Of a DNA stretch of 64,000 bases, positions 1-10,779 are shown one piece after another. Origin of the DNA: Vulcanimicrobiales bacterium (lineage in GTDB: Bacteria > Vulcanimicrobiota > Vulcanimicrobiia > Vulcanimicrobiales > Vulcanimicrobiaceae); the NCBI GenBank assembly GCA_038231455.1, contig JBBRLI010000012.1:36794-100793 (forward strand). Reading direction: 5' to 3'. A program made the translations under genes and the position numbers. Position 1 is the first letter of the stretch. Each line of letters opens with the position of its first letter. A model generated the notes under the pieces. That model made no database searches. It was not told the DNA's origin and saw only the letters and a list, made by a program, of their open reading frames with translations.

Positions 1-1128
1 TTTGTCGATCACGGCTGCTTCGACGTCTTCGAGCAAGTGGCCGGCCTTCGAGACGCCCGTGAGCTTCGCTGGTTGGTACTTTGCGGGAAGGGTCTTCGCC
101 GCTTCGTTCGCCTTTGCCATCACGGCTACGGGATCGGTGCTGTTCGCCAGGTCCATCGCGCGCGCGAGCACGTGCATCGCCATGTAGTTGTTACCAAGTT
201 CGGAATTGGCTTCGTACGATTTGCCGTACTTTTTGAGGAAGGCGACGAGGAACTGATTGAGACCGGGCCCGTTGTAGCGGCGCAGCGGCAACACGCCGGT
301 CGTGCCCTCAAGCTTTGCCAGCGGAACGACGCCGGTGATCTGGTCGAACTTCGCTTGATCCATCATAACAAAGCCGCCGGTGAAACCTTGGTCGCGCGCA
401 GCTTTGATCACGAGACCCGTTGGCTGCGAAGGCCCTCCGACGAAGATCACGTCGGGTTTATCCGCGAGCGTTTTGCTAACGGCCGTCGAGAAGTCGGCCG
501 TCGTGTTGTAGTCGACGCCGTTGTTGCCGAGCACGGTGCCGCCGCTCTTGGTCCACTGCTCGCTAAAGCCTTTGGTCCACGCGTTGCCGTACGCAGTCGT
601 CGTCGGGATAAGACCGAGACGCTTCCCAAACTTCGCCATCGTGACTTCCGTAAACGGTTTAAAATAGGCATCGTATGAGGGCGGGATCATAAACGTACTG
701 CCGTTATTTTGCTTGAGAATTGCCGGCTCACTCGAGTACGCACCGAGGAGAAACTTCGGCGACTGCTTCTCGTTGAAGCCCTGGATCGCAAGAATGCCGC
801 CCGAGTGCGAGCAGAAGACGATCGGCGCGTTTTCTTGCCCGGCCAGACGCTTTGCGTTCGTGGCCGCTTCGTTCGGACGGTAAGCATCGTCGAGCGGCAC
901 GAGCTTGAGGCGATTTTTCTTTCCGCCGACGCTCACGCCGCCGTCGGCGTTGATCTCATCGATCGCCATTTCAAGCCCGCGCTGCACGTCTTGCCCGTAC
1001 TGCGCCGCACCGCCGCTGAGCGGTCCCGTGTAACCAATATTAATCGTTGAGGTGGTTTGAGCCGATGCACTAAGAGACATCGCGCCGATAAGCGCGATGC
1101 CAAGACCGATTCGCAGTTGACGTATCAT
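1..1128 (-). CDS. Branched-chain amino acid-type (LivJ/LivK family) ABC substrate-binding protein, runs off the window edge
   Basis: Hand translation from ATG 1128: MIRQLRIGLGIALIGAMSLSASAQTTSTINIGYTGPLSGGAAQYG (signal peptide plus PLSG motif). GGAGGG RBS upstream. Absent from the ORF track because the stop lies outside the window. Confidence 0.9.
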   Translation of the reverse strand, partial: MIRQLRIGLGIALIGAMSLSASAQTTSTINIGYTGPLSGGAAQYGQDVQRGLEMAIDEINADGGVSVGGKKNRLKLVPLDDAYRPNEAATNAKRLAGQENAPIVFCSHSGGILAIQGFNEKQSPKFLLGAYSSEPAILKQNNGSTFMIPPSYDAYFKPFTEVTMAKFGKRLGLIPTTTAYGNAWTKGFSEQWTKSGGTVLGNNGVDYNTTADFSTAVSKTLADKPDVIFVGGPSQPTGLVIKAARDQGFTGGFVMMDQAKFDQITGVVPLAKLEGTTGVLPLRRYNGPGLNQFLVAFLKKYGKSYEANSELGNNYMAMHVLARAMDLANSTDPVAVMAKANEAAKTLPAKYQPAKLTGVSKAGHLLEDVEAAVIDK

Positions 1129-1141
1129 TCGATTCCCTCCG

Positions 1142-1846
1142 TTATGCGCCGATGAAGGCTTTTCTGACAAGCTCGTTTGCCTGGAGTGCGCTCGCCGAGC
1201 CTTCGAGCACGACCCGACCGTCGGACAACACGTAGCCGCGATGCGCAATCGAAAGCGCGGCGTACGCATTTTGTTCTGCGAGAAGCACCATCGTGCCGTC
1301 GCGGTTGATCGCTGCGACTGCCTCGAGCATCGCTTGCACCACTTTTGGCGCAAGGCCGAGCGAGGGTTCGTCGAGCAGCAAGAGTTTGGGTCGCGCCATG
1401 AGTGCGCGTCCGATCGCGACCATCTGCTGCTGTCCGCCGGAAAGCGATCCGGCGGATACGTTCAACTTCGGTCGAATTGCCGGGAAGAGATCGAGCACGC
1501 GCGCGAGTGAGGCATCGGCATCGCCACGCAGATGCCGGCGTACGTAGGCGCCGAGCCGTAAATTTTTCTCGACCGACAGGTCGGGAAAGAGATTGCGGCC
1601 TTCGGGACACTGTGCGATACCAAGCGCGACGATCTCGTCGCTGCGCATGCCGCGAATTGCGCGACCGTTGAACGTGATCTCACCGGTCGATGGAACAAGA
1701 CCACTGAGCGCGGCAAAAAGCGACGTCTTGCCCGAACCGTTCGCGCCAAGCAGCGTGATCAGCTCGCCCTCGGCGATCGTGAAATCGACCGCGTCGATGG
1801 CCGGTGCATCGCCGTAACGAACACCGAGTTTGCGCACTTCAAGCAT
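1142..1846 (-). CDS. livF: ABC transporter ATP-binding protein, LivF family
   Basis: Walker [17 protein letters not shown] signature, [12 protein letters not shown]; start taken at MLEVRKL. Confidence 0.93.
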   Translation of the reverse strand: MLEVRKLGVRYGDAPAIDAVDFTIAEGELITLLGANGSGKTSLFAALSGLVPSTGEITFNGRAIRGMRSDEIVALGIAQCPEGRNLFPDLSVEKNLRLGAYVRRHLRGDADASLARVLDLFPAIRPKLNVSAGSLSGGQQQMVAIGRALMARPKLLLLDEPSLGLAPKVVQAMLEAVAAINRDGTMVLLAEQNAYAALSIAHRGYVLSDGRVVLEGSASALQANELVRKAFIGA

Positions 1847-2603
1847 GCGTCGCCGCTCCGAGATAGGCATCGATGACCGCCGGATCGGCTTGCACGTGCG
1901 CGGGCGTTCCATCAGCGATTTTCGCACCGTGGTGGAGCACGATGACACGCTCGGCGATGCCCATCACCAGACTCATTTTGTGCTCGACCAAACAGACGGT
2001 AAAGCCGGCCTTCGCCATGGCAAGAATCAGGTCGGCATGCTCGACCGTTTCTTCGGAGGTAACGCCCGCCGCCGGTTCGTCCAACAGCACGAGTTTGGGT
2101 TTGCTGGCGACAGCGATTGCGATCGCGAGCCGCTTTTGCGCCTCCTGCGGGATCGAGCCGGCAATACGGTCGGCATAACGCTCGATTCCGGCAAAGCGCA
2201 AGGCCTCGTAGGCCGCCTCGCAACTCTCGCGTTCTTCACGCCGCGCGCGCGGCGTTCGCAGAAGCGCATCGAAGAGACCGCTCTGCGTATGCATGCGGTA
2301 CCCGACGATGGCATTGTCGAGCACGCTTGCATTTCGAAAAAGGCTCGTCGTTTGGAAGGTGCGCGCGATCCCAAGCCGTGCGATTTCGTGCGTCGCACGA
2401 TGCGTGATGTCGACGCCCTCGAAGACGAGCTGCCCCGAGGTCACCGGATAATAGCCCGAGATCAGATTGAAGCACGTCGACTTGCCCGCGCCGTTGGGTC
2501 CGATCAGTGCGACGATGGAACCGCGCTCGATCGTGAAGCTGACATCGTCAACGGCGGTAAGTCCGCCGAAGCGTTTCGTGATGCCGCTGACGGTAAGCAG
2601 CAT
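1839..2603 (-). CDS. livG: ABC transporter ATP-binding protein, LivG family
   Basis: [30 protein letters not shown]-terminal VIDAYLG; start taken at MLLTVSG. Confidence 0.93.
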   Translation of the reverse strand: MLLTVSGITKRFGGLTAVDDVSFTIERGSIVALIGPNGAGKSTCFNLISGYYPVTSGQLVFEGVDITHRATHEIARLGIARTFQTTSLFRNASVLDNAIVGYRMHTQSGLFDALLRTPRARREERESCEAAYEALRFAGIERYADRIAGSIPQEAQKRLAIAIAVASKPKLVLLDEPAAGVTSEETVEHADLILAMAKAGFTVCLVEHKMSLVMGIAERVIVLHHGAKIADGTPAHVQADPAVIDAYLGAATHA

Positions 2604-3595
2604 TAGTTCGCACTGCCCTGTGCGAGTGGCGGCTCGCTCGTCAGGGCAGTCGGGGTCGGACGGCCGATGCGGCCGCGCAATTTCGCCAGCCCACCGACGA
2701 TGCCGCTCGGGAAAAATATCACGAGCAGGACGAGCATCGGTCCGAAGATCAAGAATTTGAAACTCTCGATGCCCTGCAAAAATTGTCCGAGGACCACCAG
2801 CACGAGCGTGCCCACAAGCGGCCCCCACAGGGTGCCGACACCACCGACGATGAGGTAGAGCAGCATGTCGAAGGTCACGTCGAGACCCGTCGAGTCAGGC
2901 CCCAGGAACCCGATGAAAATCGCGTACATCCCGCCGGCAAGCCCCGCCAAAAACGTCGAAAGCATGAAGGCCGCGCTCTTCGCACGCATCACATCGATGC
3001 CAACGGCGCGCGCGAGATCTTCGTTGCCGGCGATGGCAATGAGCGAGCGGCCAAAGAGCGAGCCGCGTACGCGCGCGCAGATCGCGAAAGCGAGGATCAG
3101 CGCGACGAGCACGAGATAGTATTTCGCGATCGAACTCTCAAATGAGATCGGACCGATTGGCGCAGGCGGCGGAATGTTGAGCACGCCGATATTCCCGCCG
3201 GTGAGTTCTTGCCAGTTTGTGAAGATCACGCTGATCATCACGCCGATGGCCGCCGTGAAGATCGCAAAGTAATGCCCGCGCGTGCGCAGTGAGACCAGAC
3301 CCACCAGATATCCGAGGATGACCGCCGCCGCACAACCCGCCGCAAGCGCGACCCAAAACGGTACGCCCAGGCGCGTCTCGAGCAGCGCGACGCCGTATGC
3401 GCCAATCCCAAAAAACGCCGCGTGACCAAGCGTAAGCAGGCCGGTGTACCCAAGGATGATGTTCAGGCCGTAGACCGCGATCGCACTGATATACGCGGTC
3501 ACGATCACTTGCCGATAATATTCGCTATGGACGAACAGCGGCAGCACGAGAGCGACGAGTAATGCGGCAAGCGGAACGATGCGGCGGGCGCCCAA
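2603..3595 (-). CDS. livM: Branched-chain amino acid ABC permease, LivM family
   Basis: GYTGLLTLGHAAFFGIGAY, LRTRGHYFAIFT, GGVGTLWGPLVG; probable TTG start 1 nt after the livH stop. Confidence 0.9.
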   Translation of the reverse strand: MGARRIVPLAALLVALVLPLFVHSEYYRQVIVTAYISAIAVYGLNIILGYTGLLTLGHAAFFGIGAYGVALLETRLGVPFWVALAAGCAAAVILGYLVGLVSLRTRGHYFAIFTAAIGVMISVIFTNWQELTGGNIGVLNIPPPAPIGPISFESSIAKYYLVLVALILAFAICARVRGSLFGRSLIAIAGNEDLARAVGIDVMRAKSAAFMLSTFLAGLAGGMYAIFIGFLGPDSTGLDVTFDMLLYLIVGGVGTLWGPLVGTLVLVVLGQFLQGIESFKFLIFGPMLVLLVIFFPSGIVGGLAKLRGRIGRPTPTALTSEPPLAQGSAN

Positions 3596-3596
3596 G

Positions 3597-4457
3597 CTAG
3601 GTGCCCTTCGCAAAGAGGCCGGTCGGTCGAACCGTAAGGATGACGACGAGCAGTCCGAATGCGATGACGTCCTGGTAGCTTGTCGAGATATACGTCGCGC
3701 CGAAACTCTCGGCGAAGGCCAGAATAAACGCCCCGAGGATCGCTCCGGGAATGCTGCCCATCCCCCCGAGCACGATGATCGCAAACGCTTTGAGGATCAC
3801 CGTCGACCCCATCGAGGGGAAGATCAAGTTGATCGAAGCGATCAGCGTCGCGGCAGTGGCCGCGAGCCCCGCGGAGATCGCGAAGACCAGACTTTGCACG
3901 CGATCTGCGTTAATTCCAACGAGCGCCGCGCCGCGTCGATTCTGCGCGACGGCCTCGATCGTCGCACCTACGAGCGTGCGCTTGAGAAACCAAAAGAGCG
4001 CAACCATCACCACGGCTGCAGCGAAAACGACGATGAGCTGCTGTTGCGTGATGATGAGCCCGGCGATCTTTACGACGTGGTCGTAAGGCGTGGGCAGAAC
4101 GCGAAAACCGGGACCGAAGAAGACGCGCGCGATCGCTTCGAAGAAAAACAACACGCCGACCGCCGCGATGATCGCGTTGACCTCGGGCGCTTTTTGTAAT
4201 GGGCGGAAAACCAAGCGTTCGAGCAACACGCCGACGAGCGCGAGCACAACGATTGCGAGCAGCATCGCCGGCCAGTAGCCGATGTTCGCGACCGTAACGC
4301 CAAAAAAGGCGACATACGCACCGAGCATATAGAGATGGCCGTGCGCGAAGTTCGGGATACCCATCGTTCCGTAAACGAGCGCCAGTCCAAGCGCTACGAG
4401 CGCATAGATACTGCCGACGACAAGGCCGTTCAACAGCTCTTGAAAAAAAAGATGCAT
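3597..4457 (-). CDS. livH: Branched-chain amino acid ABC permease, LivH family
   Basis: NGLVVGSIYALVALGLALVYG, NFAHG, VLGGMGSIPGA, RPTGLF. Confidence 0.93.
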   Translation of the reverse strand: MHLFFQELLNGLVVGSIYALVALGLALVYGTMGIPNFAHGHLYMLGAYVAFFGVTVANIGYWPAMLLAIVVLALVGVLLERLVFRPLQKAPEVNAIIAAVGVLFFFEAIARVFFGPGFRVLPTPYDHVVKIAGLIITQQQLIVVFAAAVVMVALFWFLKRTLVGATIEAVAQNRRGAALVGINADRVQSLVFAISAGLAATAATLIASINLIFPSMGSTVILKAFAIIVLGGMGSIPGAILGAFILAFAESFGATYISTSYQDVIAFGLLVVILTVRPTGLFAKGT

Positions 4458-4532
4458 GCACGCTCCAGCTCGGTAGAGATTTTTTCCGTTCTGGTGGAGC
4501 CTCCCTTTTCAAGTCCCGAGAGCTGGAAGTAC

Positions 4533-6632
4533 ATGGCGTCCCTTGCCCGCCTGACCAAACACGGCAACGTCGCCGTCATCGCCATCATGAATCCGCCGGT
4601 CAACGCGCTCGGCGCAGCATCAATTGCTGCGCTCTTGCCCGAACTCTCGGATGCCGAAAACGACCCGGGCGTCAGCGCGGTCGTGTTAACCGGATCGAAC
4701 GGGACGTTCAGCGGCGGCGCCGACATCAAGGGCTTTGCATCGCCGCTCCTCGCAAGCCCGAGTGTACGCGACGCGATCGACCGGATCGAGGCGATGACGA
4801 AGCCCGTCGTCGCCGCCATCGACGGCGTGGCACTCGGCGGCGGTCTCGAACTTGCGCTCGGCTGCGACTACCGCGTTGCAACGCCGCAAGCGAGGCTCGG
4901 CGTTCCCGAAATCAAGCTCGGCCTGCTCCCCGGTGCCGGCGGCACGCAGCGCCTCCCGCGGCTCGTCGGTGTGGAAGCCGCGCTCGAGCTGATCATCAGC
5001 GGCGAACCGATTTCGGCCGAACGCGCGCTTGCCATCGGTCTCATCGACCGCATCGCCTCAGATGAGGTCATCGACAACGCCGTCGCCTTTGCCGAGACAC
5101 TCGCGGGCGTGCCGCGCCGGATCGGCAACTTGCTCGCGGTCAAAGGTGACCGGCCGGCGATCAACGCCGCGCGGCGGCGAGTCGAGCCCGAAGAGCGCGG
5201 GGGCCTCGCCTCGCATCGCGCGATCGACGCGGTGCAAGGGGCGCTCGACTATTCCTTTGCCGAGGGCCTCAAAATCGAGCGACGTCTGTTCGAAGAACTG
5301 CGCGCATCCGAGCAATCCAAAGCGCGCATCCACTTGTTTTTTGCCGAACGCGAAGCAGCAAAACCCGTCACCGACGAATCGTTCGCGCCGATTCGAACGG
5401 CTGTCGTCCTGGGCGCGGGGACGATGGGAACCGGGATCGCAATGGCACTTGCAAACGGGGGCATCACGACGACGCTCACGGATTTGCAACCGGACGCGAT
5501 CGAACGCGCGCGTTCCACGATCGCCGGCAACTACGCTGCAACCGCGCGTAAAGGGAAACTCACCGAGGAACAGATGGCCGAGCGGCTCGCGCGTATCACG
5601 TACGCGACGAGTTTCGATGCCGCAGCGAACGTCGACCTCGTGATCGAGGCGGTCTTCGAGGAGATGGAGATCAAGCGCGATGTGTTCCGCAAAATCGATG
5701 CGATCGCGCGACCCGGCACGATGCTCGCCACCAACACCTCAACGCTCGACGTCGACGCGATTGCGGCTGCGACGAACCGCCCGCAGGACGTGGTGGGCCT
5801 GCACTTCTTCAGCCCCGCAAACGTGATGAAATTGCTCGAGATCGTGCGCGGCAAAGACACGGCGCCGCGCACCGTCGCACGCGCGCAAGCGCTCGCAAAG
5901 CAACTCAAGAAAATCGGCGTCGTCTCCGGGAACGGTGACGGCTTCATTGGGAATCGCATGCTCGCGCACTACAAGCGCGAGGCTGACTTTCTGCTCGAAG
6001 AAGGCGCGACACCGCAGCAGGTCGATCGCGTGATCAAAGCATTTGGCTTTCCGATGGGACCGTTCACGATGTTCGATCTTGCCGGCATCGATATAAGCTG
6101 GCGCATTCGCAAACGCCGCAACGCCGAACGACCGCCGACGGGTCGCTATTCCAAACTCGAGGATGAGATGTGCGAGATCGGACGCTTCGGACAGAAGACC
6201 GGCATGGGCTTCTATCGCTACGAAGACGGCAATCGCACGCCGATCCCCGACCCTCTCGTACTCGACCTCATCGAAAAGAACGCGCACGAAGCCGGCATTG
6301 AACGGCGCACGATCGAGGATCTGGAAATCCGCAAACGCTGCATTTATCCGCTCATCAACGAAGCAGCGAACATTCTGAGCGACGGCATCGCTACGCGTCC
6401 GGGCGACGTGGACGTCGTCTGGGTGAACGGCTATGGCTTCCCCGCGTTCCGCGGCGGACCGCTGCGCTACGCCGATTCCGTCGGCCTGCGCGATATCTAT
6501 GAAGACATGCTGGCGTTCGAACGGATTCACGGCGCATACTGGAATCCAGCTCCGCTGCTCGCGCATCTCGCGAAGAGCGGCGGCACTTTTGGATCCTGGA
6601 CGGGAGACCTGGCTTGGGCGACGACGCAGTAA
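4533..6632 (+). CDS. Enoyl-CoA hydratase / 3-hydroxyacyl-CoA dehydrogenase fusion (PimF/FadJ-like)
   Basis: Crotonase motifs [40 protein letters not shown] site; [14 protein letters not shown]; start taken at MASLARL. Confidence 0.93.
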   Translation: MASLARLTKHGNVAVIAIMNPPVNALGAASIAALLPELSDAENDPGVSAVVLTGSNGTFSGGADIKGFASPLLASPSVRDAIDRIEAMTKPVVAAIDGVALGGGLELALGCDYRVATPQARLGVPEIKLGLLPGAGGTQRLPRLVGVEAALELIISGEPISAERALAIGLIDRIASDEVIDNAVAFAETLAGVPRRIGNLLAVKGDRPAINAARRRVEPEERGGLASHRAIDAVQGALDYSFAEGLKIERRLFEELRASEQSKARIHLFFAEREAAKPVTDESFAPIRTAVVLGAGTMGTGIAMALANGGITTTLTDLQPDAIERARSTIAGNYAATARKGKLTEEQMAERLARITYATSFDAAANVDLVIEAVFEEMEIKRDVFRKIDAIARPGTMLATNTSTLDVDAIAAATNRPQDVVGLHFFSPANVMKLLEIVRGKDTAPRTVARAQALAKQLKKIGVVSGNGDGFIGNRMLAHYKREADFLLEEGATPQQVDRVIKAFGFPMGPFTMFDLAGIDISWRIRKRRNAERPPTGRYSKLEDEMCEIGRFGQKTGMGFYRYEDGNRTPIPDPLVLDLIEKNAHEAGIERRTIEDLEIRKRCIYPLINEAANILSDGIATRPGDVDVVWVNGYGFPAFRGGPLRYADSVGLRDIYEDMLAFERIHGAYWNPAPLLAHLAKSGGTFGSWTGDLAWATTQ

Positions 6633-7798
6633 TCGTATCGACGGCACGCACGCCGATCGGCAAAGCATTTCGCGGTGCGTACAACGATACGCATGGTGGA
6701 ACGCTCGCGGGGCACGTCGTCAAGCACGCGGTCGTGCGCAGCGGTATCGATCCGCACGAAATCGAGGATGTGATTCTCGGCTGCGGCTATCCCGAAGGTG
6801 CGACCGGTCGCAACATCGCACGCGTCGCGGCGATTCGCGCGGGGCTGCCGGTGAATGTGGCAGGCACCACGGTCAACCGTTTCTGCAGTTCGGGTCTCCA
6901 AACGATCAGCATGGCTGCGCAACGCGTCATCGTCGACGGCACGGGGCCAATCGTAGCCGGAGGCGTTGAGTCGATCAGCCTCGTGCAAAACAACCGCAAC
7001 ACCTATCGCGATACGGAGCCGTGGGTCGCGGAATTCAAACCCGACCTCTACTGGCCGATGATCGACACCGCCGAGACAGTGGCGAAACGGTATAACGTGT
7101 CGCGCGACGCGCAAGACGCATTCTCGCTTATAAGCCAACAGCGCATCGCAGCGGCGCAAGCGGCGGGGCGATTCGATGCCGAGATCGTACCGCTCGCCAC
7201 GCGCAAGGCAATCGTCGACAAAAATACCGGCGCGACGACCTACGAAGACGTCCGGCTCGAACGCGACGAAGGCAATCGACCGCAGACGACGCTTGCAGAC
7301 CTTGCGAAACTCGAGCCGGTCCGCGGCCCGGGCAATTTCATCACGGCCGGTAATGCAAGCCAACTCTCCGATGGCGCCTCGGCGTGCGTCGTGATGTCGG
7401 CAAAAGAAGCGCAGCGCCGCAACATCGAACCCCTTGGAATCTATCGCGGCCTCGTCGTGGTCGGACTGCAACCGGATGAAATGGGGATCGGGCCGGTCGA
7501 CGCCGTGCCGCTCTTGCTCAAACGCCACGGTCTGCGCGTCGCCGACATCGACTTATGGGAACTCAACGAGGCCTTCGCCGTGCAAGCACTCTACTGCCGC
7601 GAAAAGCTGGATATCGATCCCGACAAGTTCAACGTCAACGGCGGTGCGATTGCGATCGGCCATCCGTACGGCATGAGCGGTGCGCGACTCGTCGGCCATG
7701 CGCTCATCGAGGGCAAACGCCGTAAGGCACGCTACGTCGTTGTGACCATGTGCGTCGGCGGCGGCCAAGGTGCGGCGGGGCTCTTCGAGATCGCATGA
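6614..7798 (+). CDS. Acetyl-CoA C-acyltransferase (thiolase, PimB-like)
   Basis: NRFCSSG catalytic Cys, [24 protein letters not shown]. Confidence 0.95.
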   Translation: MGDDAVIVSTARTPIGKAFRGAYNDTHGGTLAGHVVKHAVVRSGIDPHEIEDVILGCGYPEGATGRNIARVAAIRAGLPVNVAGTTVNRFCSSGLQTISMAAQRVIVDGTGPIVAGGVESISLVQNNRNTYRDTEPWVAEFKPDLYWPMIDTAETVAKRYNVSRDAQDAFSLISQQRIAAAQAAGRFDAEIVPLATRKAIVDKNTGATTYEDVRLERDEGNRPQTTLADLAKLEPVRGPGNFITAGNASQLSDGASACVVMSAKEAQRRNIEPLGIYRGLVVVGLQPDEMGIGPVDAVPLLLKRHGLRVADIDLWELNEAFAVQALYCREKLDIDPDKFNVNGGAIAIGHPYGMSGARLVGHALIEGKRRKARYVVVTMCVGGGQGAAGLFEIA

Positions 7799-8859
7799 CG
7801 GGCGCCGATCCCGAACTCATCGCGGTTCGTCCCGACGAACGGCTCGCCGTCGAACTCCTCGAACCGTATCTACGCGAACGTCTTCCGCAGACCGATGGGC
7901 CGTTCGCGTTCGGGCAATTCGGCGGCGGCCATGCGAACCTCACCTACCTGATCCGATTCGGCGAGACCGAGTACGTGCTACGCCGTCCACCGCTCGGACC
8001 CGTCGCGCCGAGCGCCCACGACATGAAGCGCGAGCACCACGTGCTCTCCGTGCTCTACGAGCGATTTCCACTTGCGCCGCGCAGCTTTCTCCTATGCACC
8101 GATTCCGCAATCATCGGCGCCGAATTCCAAGTCATGGAGCGACGGAACGGCATTGTCATCCGCCGCGCGATGCCGGCGCGCTTCAACGATCCCGCAACCT
8201 GCCGCCGCATCGGCGAGATGCTCGTCGATCGATTGGCGGAATTTCACGCGATCGGACCGGCCGACGTCGGACTCGGCGATTGGGGCAAACCGGAGGGGTT
8301 TATCGCGCGCCAATGCGAGGGCTGGATCAAACGTTGGCACGCCGCGAAGGATCGCGACTACGAGTACGCAGGGCCTTTCATTGCCTGGTTGCGCGACAAT
8401 GTCCCGAGCGGCGGCGACGTGTCGCTCGTCCACAACGACTACAAACTCGATAACGTCCTCGTCGCGGCACACGATCCGGCGTGCATGGTCGCAATCCTCG
8501 ATTGGGATATGTGCACGCGCGGCGATCCGCTCGTCGACCTTGGCTACCTTCTCGATTATTGGACGCAGTCAGACGACGATCCGAGCTGGTCATCGACAGC
8601 GGCGATGCCCACGCGCGAACCGGGATTTCCCACCCGTGCCGAGGCCGCGCAGCGGTACGCGACGATTACCGGTCGGGACATCAGCGAACTGCACTGGTAC
8701 GTGATGCTCAATCTGTTCCGCACGATCGTCATCCTCGCGCAAATTTACCTCCGCTACCTCAGCGGACAAACACAGGATACGCGCTTTGCGAATTTCGGCG
8801 AGCGCATCAAGGGCCTCTTTGAAAAAGCGCGCGCGATGGTGCCGCGGGGGACGATTTAA
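7795..8859 (+). CDS. APH-family phosphotransferase, ACAD10/ACAD11 kinase-domain type
   Basis: GGGHANLTY...[45 protein letters not shown] overlap with the thiolase stop. Confidence 0.88.
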   Translation: MTGADPELIAVRPDERLAVELLEPYLRERLPQTDGPFAFGQFGGGHANLTYLIRFGETEYVLRRPPLGPVAPSAHDMKREHHVLSVLYERFPLAPRSFLLCTDSAIIGAEFQVMERRNGIVIRRAMPARFNDPATCRRIGEMLVDRLAEFHAIGPADVGLGDWGKPEGFIARQCEGWIKRWHAAKDRDYEYAGPFIAWLRDNVPSGGDVSLVHNDYKLDNVLVAAHDPACMVAILDWDMCTRGDPLVDLGYLLDYWTQSDDDPSWSSTAAMPTREPGFPTRAEAAQRYATITGRDISELHWYVMLNLFRTIVILAQIYLRYLSGQTQDTRFANFGERIKGLFEKARAMVPRGTI

Positions 8860-9620
8860 TCGACATCACCGATCGTCACGCCGCCGTCGACGACGAGCAC
8901 TTGACCCGTTACGAACGCGCCGGCGCGGGAGGCAAGAAAAATCGCCGCGCCCGCCACGTCGTCGGGTTCGCCGATCCGTCCGAGCGGGTAGCTGCGCACG
9001 GCTTTTTCGTACGTCGCCGGGTTCTCCCAGAGTGCCTTGGCAAAATCCGTTCGGATGATCCCGGGAGCGATCGCATTGATGCGGATGTTGCTCTTGCCCC
9101 ATTCCACGGCGAGATTCCGAACGAGCTGAAAATCGGCGGCTTTCGAAATTCCATACGCACCGAGCATCGCGTTGCCTTTGAGTCCGGCGATGCTCGAGAC
9201 GACGATCACGCTCCCGTCTTTGCGCGCGGCCATTTGTGGGATCACCATGTTGCACAGCCAGAGATTGCTGCGCACGTTGCTCGCCATGATCTTATCGAAT
9301 GCCTCATCGGTAATCGTAGCAAGCGGACCGAAGTGCGGGTTGACCGCTGCATTACACACGAGCGTATCGATACGGCCCCACTCGGCGAGCGTGCGGTCGA
9401 CCAGCGCCTGCAGCGCCGCTTTGTCCGCGATGTTCGCCGCTTGCGCGATCGCCGCGCCGCCGTTTGCAACGATCTTCTGCGCCGCAGCCGCGCAGGCGTC
9501 GGCTTTTCGACTAGAAATGACAACGTTCGCGCCGCTCTCCGCCATGCGCTCGGCAATCGCCAGCCCGATACCGCGCGACGACCCGGTAATCAGCGCGACC
9601 TTCCCCTGCATCGAAAACAT
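8856..9620 (-). CDS. Short-chain dehydrogenase/reductase (DHRS4-like)
   Basis: TGSSRGIG, NAAVNPHFG, YGISKAA (YxxxK), PLGRIGEPDD. Confidence 0.93.
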   Translation of the reverse strand: MFSMQGKVALITGSSRGIGLAIAERMAESGANVVISSRKADACAAAAQKIVANGGAAIAQAANIADKAALQALVDRTLAEWGRIDTLVCNAAVNPHFGPLATITDEAFDKIMASNVRSNLWLCNMVIPQMAARKDGSVIVVSSIAGLKGNAMLGAYGISKAADFQLVRNLAVEWGKSNIRINAIAPGIIRTDFAKALWENPATYEKAVRSYPLGRIGEPDDVAGAAIFLASRAGAFVTGQVLVVDGGVTIGDVD

Positions 9621-9652
9621 GTGCAACCCTCCCGTTCGAACGAAGGTGCTCG

Positions 9653-10768
9653 ATGGACTTAGCCTTTACCCCCGAGGAACGCGCGTTCCGCGATGACGTC
9701 CGACACTTTATCGCCGCGAAGTTGCCGGGTGACGTACGCGCAAAAGTGCAAGCCGGTGAATCGCTGGAAAAAGATGACTTCGCGCGCTGGCACACCGTGC
9801 TCTACGCGCACGGCTGGGCCGCGCCGAATTGGCCGATCCCATATGGCGGCCCGGGCTGGACTGCCGTGCAGCGCCACATTTTCAGTGAGGAACTCGCGTA
9901 CGGTTGGGCACCGCGTCTGCCGCCCTTTGGCCTGGTGATGGTGGCGCCCATCATCATGGAATTCGGCAACGACGCACAGCGCGAGCGCTATCTCCCAACA
10001 ATTCTCTCCGGTGAGGAGTGGTGGTGCCAAGGCTACTCGGAACCCGGCGCGGGCTCGGATCTTGCTGCGCTCGACACGCGCGCCGAACGGGACGGCGATC
10101 ACTACATCGTCAATGGCACGAAGACGTGGATCACGTTCGCTCAATATGCAGACTGGATTTTCGTTCTCGTTCGCACGAATCCGCAGGCAAAAAAACAAGA
10201 GGGCATCTCGTTCATCCTGGTCGACATGAAGACGCCCGGCGTGACCGTACGCCCGATCGTCACGATCGACGGCGGCAAAGAGATCAACGAGGTCATCTTT
10301 GAAAACGCGCGCGTCCCGATCGAGAATCGCGTTGGTGACGAGGGGGCGGGGTGGACGTACGCCAAGTTTTTACTCGAACACGAACGTACGGGTACGGCCG
10401 GCGTCGCGCGCTGCCGCCAGCAACTCGTCCAACTCAAAGAGCGCCTTGCATCGGATGGCATCAGCGACGATCGCTTTCTCGACCGCATGGCGCTCGTCGA
10501 GATCGAACTCGACGCGCTTGCATACACGGAACTGCGCACGCTCGCCGCGGAATCCGCCGGGAAACGGCCCGGGCCCGAATCGTCAATTTTGAAAATTAAA
10601 GGCACGCAGATCCAACAGGCGCTCACGGAACTCGCGCTCGATGCAGCCGGGCCGTATGCGGACCAACTCGCGGCGAACGCCTACTTCAACTATCGAAAAA
10701 CCTCGATCTATGCCGGATCGAACGAGATTCAAAAAACAATCATTGCCAAACGTATTCTCAAGCTCTAA
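9653..10768 (+). CDS. Acyl-CoA dehydrogenase, PimC-like large subunit
   Basis: MDLAFTPEE start, WCQGYSEPGAGSDLA, NGTKTWIT, SIYAGSNEIQK. Confidence 0.9.
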   Translation: MDLAFTPEERAFRDDVRHFIAAKLPGDVRAKVQAGESLEKDDFARWHTVLYAHGWAAPNWPIPYGGPGWTAVQRHIFSEELAYGWAPRLPPFGLVMVAPIIMEFGNDAQRERYLPTILSGEEWWCQGYSEPGAGSDLAALDTRAERDGDHYIVNGTKTWITFAQYADWIFVLVRTNPQAKKQEGISFILVDMKTPGVTVRPIVTIDGGKEINEVIFENARVPIENRVGDEGAGWTYAKFLLEHERTGTAGVARCRQQLVQLKERLASDGISDDRFLDRMALVEIELDALAYTELRTLAAESAGKRPGPESSILKIKGTQIQQALTELALDAAGPYADQLAANAYFNYRKTSIYAGSNEIQKTIIAKRILKL

Positions 10769-10779
10769 GGGACGGCAAG

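Noticed and set aside
7795-8859. Aminoglycoside resistance kinase
   Set aside because: Motifs and context match ACAD10-type acyl-CoA-related kinases.
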